Origin: Scyliorhinus canicula
Taxonomy: Eukaryota
Assembly: GCF_902713615.1 (NCBI RefSeq)
Contig: NC_052154.1
Location: 192,982,948-193,046,947, forward strand
Direction: 5' to 3'
Length of the DNA: 64,000 bases
Below are positions 39,319-50,000 of this stretch, in pieces. A model generated the notes under the pieces. That model was given only the letters and a program-made list of their open reading frames with translations, had not been told where the DNA came from and searched no databases. Position 1 is the first letter of the stretch. Every line of letters begins with the position of its first letter. The position numbers were made by a program, and so were the translations under genes.

Positions 39319-39915
39319 CTGAAGGTAACCGCTTGTGCTTCTGAAGAGATGACGAATCCACAAATGTTTGGTGGCAGTTATCGCATTTATAGGGTTTCTC
39401 TCCAGTATGAAGACGGAGGTGCACCTTCAGATGGGAGCTGCGGTAAAACGCTTTGCCGCAAAAGTGGCAGGAGTAAGGTCGTATACCGGTATGAGTGCGA
39501 TGGTGTACTTTGAGGTTCCACTTCTCTGCAAATGCCCTTCCACATTCCTCACACGCAAAGGGCTTCTCCCCCGTGTGCGTGCGGTGGTGCATCGTTAAAT
39601 GTTGTTTACGATAAAATCTCCTTTCACAATAGTCACAGTTAAAACGCTTCTCTTTATTACAGGTCAGAGAGCTGAGATTCATCGTCTTTTTCTTCTTACC
39701 GTCGAGCCGACCTTGTCCTTTATAGTTCCCAAACTTTATTGGATGCTTAAAAATGTCTGGCTCATCTTGGGAGAGATTGCATTGCAAACGTTTCAAACTA
39801 ATCACCGAACTATCCCCAGGCAGAGTCTCTCCTTCATTATCTCCACACTGATTCTCAAGCCAAGTATTTTTGGGATCATAGACTTCCTTTTCTGGATGAA
39901 CTCCATTAACTGAAT
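39319..39915 (-). CDS. Zinc-finger exon A: spacer + 3 complete C2H2 fingers + 1 finger lacking its last His (597 nt, phase 1-1)
   Basis: [58 protein letters not shown]. Acceptor ttttttaaacacag, donor TCAG|gtaagg. Confidence 0.9.
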
Positions 39916-41467
39916 CTGTGTTTAAAAAATAGAGACATAGCTCAGAGATCCATTGATGGGATTCAAGAAAATATCAGTCGATCTTGTTGCTAGTCAGCGG
40001 TTCTAAAAGTATAGATCATGGACCACTAGGGGGTAAGGGAGGGTCTTCCGGGTATTCGCAGCTGGTCCAAAATGCAATGCTGTGGCTTGCAATGCCACAG
40101 TCGAGGTCATAGGAGAACAGGTCAGAAACCTCGTCACTCTGGCGACGTTACACAAGACCAGCTCCCGCGCCACACCAACTATCACCAACAATGTAGATTT
40201 ATAAGATTGGATTTTCAGCACTTGCAGGTTGGAAATAAAGAGGAGAAACCAGCCAAACCCAACACCAGACTGAAGCTCTCCAGCTCATTGGTGTCTCATT
40301 AGAAGTATCACCATTCTTTCCATTAATTCTGATAAGTTCTTTCGCAGTAGCAAGCAAAAGAAGGTGGGTACGACCAGTAGGTGGTCTGTGGATATTTTAC
40401 CGTGTCAAATTGCCTGCAGATGAGAGAGTTTGAGAACCACTGTTCTTGAACAACTAAAATATGGAAATCATGTTAACCTTTATAATTGCAGCGATTTCCT
40501 TCTTCCAAGCAAAATATAAACTTAATGTAAACATGGCGGTAATTTGTTCAAAAAGTCACTTGCCATTATGAAAATGCCCAAAATATAACTTTACTTGAAG
40601 GAGTTTACTAGAAGGGTCTAGCTATTTTCCTTGGTTTTGCATACCATCACGTTTAAAAGTCCCGTGACAACACATAGGAACGTGAGTGCTGTAATTAAAG
40701 GTTTTCTTCAGAAGTGCCACATTTGCAGGGGTACTCCTCTGTGTCGGCGCAGCATAAGCTCATTTAAGCTCAACTTTTTTCAAGAAACCTTATCCACTTT
40801 CATCATATCTGCTGTTCAGGTGCAGCACGGTGGCACAGTGGTTAGCGCTGCTACATCACAGCGCCGAGGACCCGGGTTCGATCCCAGCTCTGGGTCACTG
40901 TCCGTGTGGGGTTTGCACATTCTCCCCGTGTCTGCGTGGGATTCGCCCCCACAACCCAAAGATGCGCTGGGTAGGTGGATTGGCCACGCTAAATTGCCCA
41001 TTAATTGGAAAAAGTGAATTGGGTACTCTAAATTTAAAATATAAATGTCTGCTGTTAGTCTGCGTGTTTTTTTTAATTCAGTCAAGGGATGTCGGCTTTG
41101 CCCGGCTAGGCCAGTATTCATTGCTCACCCCTAATTGCCCCTGAGGTGGTGGCGAGCTGCTTTCTTGAGCGGCTGCAGTCCAGGTGGTGTAGGTACATCC
41201 ACAGTGCCATTATGTGCGCGCGCATGAAGTGAGTCTCAAGCACCAAAAAAATTGTTTCCATATAATATTCACACATAGTCATCAAAGGTGCCATTTTCAA
41301 CAAGCATGCCTCCTTTCCCATGTGTCCTGTGACTGGAGTTCAGCCTGCACCACATTTTGGAACTTCTATTGTTCCTGAAGTTGTGGGGTGAATAGAGGTT
41401 TTGATTTATTTTCTCATCTGCCATCACCAGTAAGATCATTTATTTAAAAAATGGCGTGATCTCCTAC

Positions 41468-41578
41468 CTCCCTGGGGTGACTTCATCTGGTCAGCATTGT
41501 GGTGTGACTGAGGTTGTGGAGTATTCCCACAGTCTTGCTCCTCTTTGCATGTGTCATGACAATACGATTTAGTGAAAC
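41468..41578 (-). CDS. PRDM-like linker exon 1, copy a (111 nt, phase 1-1)
   Basis: Same splice sites and peptide as 46918-47028; one synonymous difference (GCT/GCC). Confidence 0.65.
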
Positions 41579-42274
41579 CTAGAAAATTAAACAATAGCTG
41601 AAAACATACCAGTCATACAAAATGGTTTAAACCAAGTGCCTTTGGCAGCGATTTCACAACTGTGATCTGAAGTCACCAGAGCGAAAACGAGGACTGAATT
41701 TTTTGAAGCTTGAATTAACATTTTATATACTTGTTGAATTCAAGGAGAGATTCACAAGAACTAAAAGCCAGGACCAGTGACCAAATGTGTACATTGTAGA
41801 AAAGCAAACCTGACATCCATTGTAGGGAAATTTTTCTAAACAACAGAAGCCGAACTTCTGAAAGGACAGATAGATAGATAGGCCAAATACAGCACACTGC
41901 ATTTGTATAGTGCCTTGAACGTGGTCAAAGATGTCACGGTGCTCTGCAGGAGAACTATCAACTGAATTTAGGTTGCAAGCAACCAATGTAACCAATCGGC
42001 TGGGCTTTGTTCTGAGTATGAATATCACACATAGTTGTTAATTTATTTGAATTTTCATTCATAATTCTAACAGGTACAAAAAGTAAAACATGGCATTGCG
42101 TAGAAATTAGAGTTGAAAAAGAGATTGGCCACAAACAGAAACTTTATAGGTAATAGAAGAGGGGCAATGGATTTCATAGACTGAATCATGAGATGTTACG
42201 GCACGGAAACACAGAAACACACCATTCAGCTCTTTAACCCGGAGTTGATATAATCTCCACAAACTAGTATCGCA

Positions 42275-45170
42275 CCCCCAATTCCATCATCCCTGACCTT
42301 GTGTATTAACCTCTTATGTAGCACCTTATCAAATGCTTTTTAGAAACCCAAGTATACTACATCTGCTGATTCCCCTTTATCTACCCTACTAGTTGCATCT
42401 TCAAAGAAATTGCCAAACAGGATTTCCCTTTCCTAAAACCATATTGACTTGTTCTAATCATACAATGTTTTTCTAAGTGCATTCCCAATATTGTCAGACT
42501 AACTGGCGTGTAGTTCCCGGCTTTCTCTGTCCCTCCTTTATGCAATAATGGTGTTGCATTTGCTAACACCCAAATCTGATGGACCACTATAGAATCTAGG
42601 GAATTTTGGAAAATCAAAGCCAACACACCCACTATCTTTTCAGAACCCTGGATGTGGGCCATAAGGTCCTGGAGAATTGTCAGATTTTAGTCTTTTGAAT
42701 TACTCCAATACTTTTTCTCTGCTGATAATACCTAAATTTCATCACTCGTATTAGCTCCTACTTTGTCCTCTATTTCTGGCACGTAACTTACATCTCCGAA
42801 ATGAGACACAACATATTTGTTCAAAGTCTCTGCCATATCCTCATTCCCCATGCTAATTTCTCCTATCTCTTCTTCTGAGTTGCCAACATTTAATTCAGCA
42901 ACTCTCTTCCCTTTTCTATACTTGTGAAAGCTCTTACAATCTGTTTTTATACCCTAGCTAATTTACTCTCATTCTATATTTCTTCCTCATCAATGTTTTG
43001 GCGGTCCTTTGCTGGTTTCTAAAACGCTGCCAATCCTCAGACTTACTACTATACCTTGCAACATAATAAACCTCTTTTGTAATTCTAATACTATCTTTTA
43101 ATCTCCTTTATAATCATGGATGGATCTTTCTCGCTAACTTTGTTTTTCAAAGGAATATATTTTTGTCGTGGACATTTTGAATTGTTTATTTAAATGTTTC
43201 CCAGTGTACATTCACTGCCCGTGTCCTTTAGTCTATTTACCCAATCAACCTGAGCCAGTTCACCCCTCAGGATTATGCAGCTGACTAAATTTAAGATTAT
43301 TGTTTGTGATCGGGCTATGCTCCTTTCAAACTTAATGTGGAATTCAACTGTATTATCATCACTATTTGCCAGTGGATCTTTACTAATTAACTCTAAAATT
43401 AGCAAAATATTGCGGATGCTGTTCATAGCACTGAGGCAATAAATGTATCGGAGATTTCTAAAATAACAATAATCGCTTATTGTCACAAGTAGGCTTCAAT
43501 GAAGTTACTGTGAAAAGCCCCTAGTCGCCACATTCCGGCGCCTGTTCGGGGAGGCCGGTACGGGAATTGAACCCGCCCTGCTGGCATTGTTCTGCATTGC
43601 AAGCCAGCTATTTAGCCCACTGTGCTAAACCAGCCCCTATTAAGGTATTTAAGATGGAGAGAACAGTCACAATTTAAAGTGTTGGACTCCATGTTGAGTC
43701 CTGAAGACCTAATTGGAAGAGGAGATGCTGCTCCTCCAGCTTGCATTGGGCCCCATTGGAGCATTGCAGCAGGCTAAGGGCAGACATGTGGGCATAAGAG
43801 CACGGTGCAGAGTTAAAATGACAAGCAACAGGAAGGTTGGGGTCATGCTTGCAAACTGAGCAAAGGTGTTCCAGAAAGCGGCCACCCAGTCTGCGTTTAG
43901 TCTCCCCAATGTCGAGGAGGCAGTATTGGGAGTAGCGAATACAGTAGACCAATTAACTCTGTCACATTGCACAATACTACATTTAAAACAGTTTTATCCT
44001 TGGTTGATTCCACAACATATTGCTCCAGGAAAGTGTCACAAAAGCGTTCTATATAATCATCTCCAAGATCACCTCTGCCAATTTGACTGATCCAGTCTGC
44101 AAGAAGATTAAAGCATCTTCCGCAATAAATATTAACATTGCCTTTGTGACAAGTTGATATAATTTCTTGTTTAATGCTCTGTTCTATGGTATGACAACTT
44201 TTAGGGGCCTATGAACGACTTCCACCAATTACTTCTGATCTTCGCTATTCTTAACCTCCAGCTGCACCGATTCTACTTCTTGATTTTGAGCCAAGATCAT
44301 GTAACCCTCTATTATCAGGGCTTCCCCTTCTCATTTTCCATTCTGCCTGTTTTATCGAAATGTTGTGTAACCTGAAATATTTATTTCCCAATCTTGATCA
44401 CCTTGTAACCATGTCTCTGCATTAACAAATAGATGCAAACCATTTATCTCCATCTGTGCCATTCTGCCATCTATCTGATTGCAGATGCTCCGTGCATTCA
44501 GAAAAGAGCTTGCAATTTTCTTTTCTTTATTACTGCTGCCTGCATGATGCACTGTTACAGTTAGTCCCTTCCGCTCCTCCTCATTTTCTCTTTACCTACA
44601 TCGATTCCTATTGCCTGAACTTTTATTTTTGGATTTCTAAATCTCTCTTTGTCTTCGCCCTCTGTTAGTTTCAAGTAATTTTTACCCTACTCTGACCATA
44701 CTTGCTGGCTTATGTTCATACACTCTTTCTCTTTTTGTCACATTCTGATTACCATTACCCGCATCGCTAATCTGCACTATTGTTTCCCCCTTTTTCATTT
44801 AACTTCCAATTTTCCCCTCACAGAAACCATTCCCCCATTTTTTAGTTTACGGCCCTGTCCACAGCTCTAGTTACAATAGTGGCCTGGACACTGGTTACAC
44901 CATGGTTCAGGTGAAGACCATCCCAATAGTACAGCTCCCCTTTCCCCCAGTACTCATGTTAGTGTCCATGAATCGAAACCCACTTCCCCCACACCAATCT
45001 TTGAGTTACACATTTAACTCTCTGACCTTATTTACTCTATGCTATTTTTCTCGTGGTTTAAGTAACAGCCCAGAGATTATTACTGTTGTGATTCTGATTT
45101 TTAATTTAACTCCTAGCTGCTTATTGCCTTAGCAGAACCTCTTTCATCGTCCCTCGGCCTTTGGTACCCA
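42275..45170 (-). mobile_element. Old degraded CR1 element (second copy 47725-50620)
   Basis: FLNARSICN, AETWL, NYTPVSLT and GFRKGKSCL remnants. Confidence 0.75.
43665..43955 (-). mobile_element. Penelope-like element GIY-YIG endonuclease fragment (second copy 49115-49405)
   Basis: VYCIR....LLDIGETKRRLGGRFLEH...PVACHFN...KLEEQHLLFQLG. Confidence 0.8.
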
Positions 45171-45864
45171 CGTGTAGATTTATTAGAATGCTGCCAGATA
45201 TGAGGATATATAAATACATAGGAAGACTTGAAAAATGAGGTATTTTTCAATATAGCACTAAATTAGGGGGCGAAATGAGTATTTACAATTATGAAACTAT
45301 GGGACAAGATAGATAAAAGCAGATTGTTGTCAGTAATTAAAAGGACTTGGAAGAAGCAGCCATAGGTGAAAGATTACATCAGAACTTCAGAACAAATTAG
45401 AGGAAAAACATCCTCACATAGCACTGCTACGCTATAAATTTACCGAGATTAACGGCTGTGGTACAAATATTAGCAACTTTATCAACATCCAAAATTAGCT
45501 CGAATATGTGAACGAATGGATCTGGGAACAGTGCAGGACTAGTTGCTGCATGGAGTGTGAAAACCGATAAAAACTGCATGAATTGAATGGTCCGTTCCCA
45601 TTTGTCCTAAAATCCTCGTGAAAAAAACAAGTAAGGGTACTGAGATTCAATTATAGGATGATGGGAATATAAATCTAAAGAGGTGGTATTTTTGCTTTAT
45701 GGAGTGTTCAGCAGATCCCATCTGGAATATTGTGGGCAGTTCTGTTCACACTAAGGAAAATATTAGTATTGCAGAAAAAAAAAGACACTTTGTCGAAGCT
45801 TTCCATTTTGTACTCAACAGGGCAATTGCAAGAATATCAATGTCAGGGGGAGCAACAACTTCAT

Positions 45865-46318
45865 ACTGTATGAGAAGAGTGCTGATAGGTTGGCAACTGA
45901 ACTCTTTGTCTTTTTAAAAAATTAATTTAGAGTCCCCAATTCTTTTTTTCCCCCCAATTAAGAGGCAATTTGGCGTGGCCATCCACCCGGCACGTCTTTG
46001 GGTTTTGGGAGTGAGACCCACACAGACACGGGGAGAAAGTGCAAACTCTACACAGACAGTCACCCTAAGCCGGAATTGAACCCGGGACCCTGGCACTGTG
46101 AGGCACCAGTGCTAGTCACTGTGCCGTGCCGCTTGAGCAATCGGACTCTGATTGGTAGAGGTGTCGCCATAGCCAATGCACCAGTTGATGGTGACTGATA
46201 GTTAACTGCCATTGTTCGGAATGGCAGCTTGATTCTGTTAATGGTTTGTCACCATCAACCTGTGCATTCTCCATGGCAATACCTCTACCAATCAACCAGC
46301 ACTCTCTTCTCATATAGC
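45865..46318. repeat. Palindromic element interrupted by a SINE (second copy 51313-51766)
   Basis: tatgagaagagtgctg pairs with cagcactctcttctcata; tgattggtagagg..gttgatggtgac pairs with gtcaccatcaac..cctctaccaatca. Confidence 0.7.
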
Positions 46319-46917
46319 AAAGTAAATAAAGTCACCATATGGGCAGCACAGTGGCACAGTGGTTAGCATTGCTGCCTACGGCGCTGAGGACCCGGGTTCG
46401 AATCCCAGCCCTGGGTCACTGTCCGTGTGGAGTTTGCATGTTCTCCCCGTGTCTGCCTGGGTGAATTGGGTACTCTAAATTTAAAATATAAATGTCTGCT
46501 GTTAGTCTGCGTGTTTTTTTAAATTCAGTCAAGGGATGTCGGCTTTGCCCGGCTAGGCCAGTATTCATTGCTCACCCCTAATTGCCCCTGAGGTGGTGGC
46601 GAGGAGCTGCTTTCTTGAGCGGCTGCAGTCCAGGTGGTGTAGGTACATCCACAGTGCCATTATGTGCGCGCGCATGAAGTGAGTCTCAAGCACCAAAAAA
46701 ATTGTTTCCATATAATATTCACACATAGTCATCAAAGGTGCCATTTTCAACAAGCATGCCTCCTTTCCCATGTGTCCTGTGACTGGAGTTCAGCCTGCGC
46801 CACATTTTGGAACTTCTATTGTTCCTGAAGTTGTGGGGTGAATAGAGGTTTTGATTTATTTTCTCATCTGCCATCACCAGTAAGATCATTTATTTAAAAA
46901 ATGGCGTGATCTCCTAC

Positions 46918-47028
46918 CTCCCTGGGGTGACTTCATCTGGTCGGCATTGTGGTGTGACTGAGGTTGTGGAGTATTCCCACAGTCTTGCTCCTCTTTGCAT
47001 GTGTCATGACAATACGATTTAGTGAAAC
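46918..47028 (-). CDS. PRDM-like linker exon 1, copy b (111 nt, phase 1-1)
   Basis: Acceptor ttgtttaattttctag, donor GGAG|gtagga. Open frame FTKSYCHDTCKEEQDCGNTPQPQSHHNADQMKSPQG. Lies inside the tandem duplication. Confidence 0.6.
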
Positions 47029-50000
47029 CTAGAAAATTAAACAATAGCTGAAAACATACCAGTCATACAAAATGGTTTAAACCAAGTGCCTTTGGCAGCG
47101 ATTTCACAACTGTGATCTGAAGTCACCAGAGCTAAAACGTGGACTGAATTTTTTGAAGCTTGAATTAACATTTTATATACTTGTTGAATTCAAGGAGAGA
47201 TTCACAAGAACTAAAAGCCAGGACCAGTGACCAAATGTGTACATTGTAGACAAGCAAACCTGACATCCATTGTAGGGAAATTTTTCTAAACAACAGAAGC
47301 CGAACTTCTGAAAGGACAGATAGATAGACAGGCCAAATGCAGCACACTGCATTTGTATAGTGCCTTGAACGTGGTCAAAGATGTCACGGTGCTCTGCAGG
47401 AGAACTATCAACTGAATTTAGGTTGCAAGCAACCAATGTAACCAATCGGCTGGGCTTTGTTCTGAGTATGAATATCACACATAGTTGTTAATTTATTTGA
47501 ATTTTCATTCATAATTCTAACAGGTACAAAAAGTAAAACATGGCATTGCGTAGAAATTAGAGTTGAAAAAGAGATTGGCCACAAACAGAAACTTTATAGG
47601 TAATAGAAGAGGGGCAATGGATTTCATAGACTGAATCATGAGATGTTACGGCACGGAAACACAGAAACACACCATTCAGCTCTTTAACCCGGAGTTGATA
47701 TAATCTCCACAAACTAGTATCGCACCCCCAATTCCATCATCCCTGACCTTGTGTATTAACCTCTTATGTAGCACCTTATCAAATGCTTTTTAGAAACCCA
47801 AGTATACTACATCTGCTGATTCCCCTTTATCTACCCTACTAGTTGCATCTTCAAAGAAATTGCCAAACAGGATTTCCCTTTCCTAAAACCATATTGACTT
47901 GTTCTAATCATACAATGTTTTTCTAAGTGCATTCCCAATATTGTCAGACTAACTGGCGTGTAGTTCCCGGCTTTCTCTGTCCCTCCTTTATGCAATAATG
48001 GTGTTGCATTTGCTAACACCCAAATCTGATGGACCACTATAGAATCTAGGGAATTTTGGAAAATCAAAGCCAACACACCCACTATCTTTTCAGAACCCTG
48101 GATGTGGGCCATAAGGTCCTGGAGAATTGTCAGATTTTAGTCTTTTGAATTACTCCAATACTTTTTCTCTGCTGATAATACCTAAATTTCATCACTCGTA
48201 TTAGCTCCTACTTTGTCCTCTATTTCTGGCACGTAACTTACATCTCCGAAATGAGACACAACATATTTGTTCAAAGTCTCTGCCATATCCTCATTCCCCA
48301 TGCTAATTTCTCCTATCTCTTCTTCTGAGTTGCCAACATTTAATTCAGCAACTCTCTTCCCTTTTCTATACTTGTGAAAGCTCTTACAATCTGTTTTTAT
48401 ACCCTAGCTAATTTACTCTCATTCTATATTTCTTCCTCATCAATGTTTTGGCGGTCCTTTGCTGGTTTCTAAAACGCTGCCAATCCTCAGACTTACTACT
48501 ATACCTTGCAACATAATAAACCTCTTTTGTAATTCTAATACTATCTTTTAATCTCCTTTATAATCATGGATGGATCTTTCTCGCTAACTTTGTTTTTCAA
48601 AGGAATATATTTTTGTCGTGGACATTTTGAATTGTTTATTTAAATGTTTCCCAGTGTACATTCACTGCCCGTGTCCTTTAGTCTATTTACCCAATCAACC
48701 TGAGCCAGTTCACCCCTCAGGATTATGCAGCTGACTAAATTTAAGATTATTGTTTGTGATCGGGCTATGCTCCTTTCAAACTTAATGTGGAATTCAACTG
48801 TATTATCATCACTATTTGCCAGTGGATCTTTACTAATTAACTCTAAAATTAGCAAAATATTGCGGATGCTGTTCATAGCACTGAGGCAATAAATGTATCG
48901 GAGATTTCTAAAATAACAATAATCGCTTATTGTCACAAGTAGGCTTCAATGAAGTTACTGTGAAAAGCCCCTAGTCGCCACATTCCGGCGCCTGTTCGGG
49001 GAGGCCGGTACGGGAATTGAACCCGCCCTGCTGGCATTGTTCTGCATTGCAAGTCAGCTATTTAGCCCACTGTGCTAAACCAGCCCCTATTAAGGTATTT
49101 AAGATGGAGAGAACAGTCACAATTTAAAGTGTTGGACTCCATGTTGAGTCCTGAAGACCTAATTGGAAGAGGAGATGCTGCTCCTCCAGCTTGCATTGGG
49201 CCCCATTGGAGCATTGCAGCAGGCTAAGGGCAGACATGTGGGCATAAGAGCACGGTGCGGAGTTAAAATGACAAGCAACAGGAAGGTTGGGGTCATGCTT
49301 GCAAACTGAGCAAAGGTGTTCCAGAAAGCGGCCACCCAGTCTGCGTTTAGTCTCCCCAATGTCGAGGAGGCAGTATTGGGAGTAGCGAATACAGTAGACC
49401 AATTAACTCTGTCACATTGCACAATACTACATTTAAAACAGTTTTATCCTTGGTTGATTCCACAACATATTGCTCCAGGAAAGTGTCACAAAAGCGTTCT
49501 ATATAATCATCTCCAAGATCACCTCTGCCAATTTGACTGATCCAGTCTGCAAGAAGATTAAAGCATCTTCCGCAATAAATATTAACATTGCCTTTGTGAC
49601 AAGTTGATATAATTTCTTGTTTAATGCTCTGTTCTATGGTATGACAACTTTTAGGGGCCTATGAACGACTTCCACCAATTACTTCTGATCTTCGCTATTC
49701 TTAACCTCCAGCTGCACCGATTCTACTTCTTGATTTTGAGCCAAGATCATGTAACCCTCTATTATCAGGGCTTCCCCTTCTCATTTTCCATTCTGCCTGT
49801 TTCATCGAAATGTTGTGTAACCTGAAATATTTATTTCCCAATCTTGATCACCTTGTAACCATGTCTCTGCATTAACAATTAGATGCAAACCATTTATCTC
49901 CATCTGTGCCATTCGGCCATCTGTCTGATTGCAGATGCTCCGTGCATTCAGAAAAGAGCTTGCAATTTTCTTTTCTTTATTACTGCTTCCTGCATGATGC

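Noticed and set aside
16036-39805. Three independent single-exon zinc-finger genes, as the ORF track suggests
   Set aside because: Each has a clear acceptor and an identically placed donor with compatible phase; ORF starts are non-ATG or internal.
40019-40037. CTCF-like motif CCACTAGGGGG ~100 nt upstream of the ZF-A acceptor
   Set aside because: A single short match is expected by chance in 64 kb; needs ChIP or conservation.
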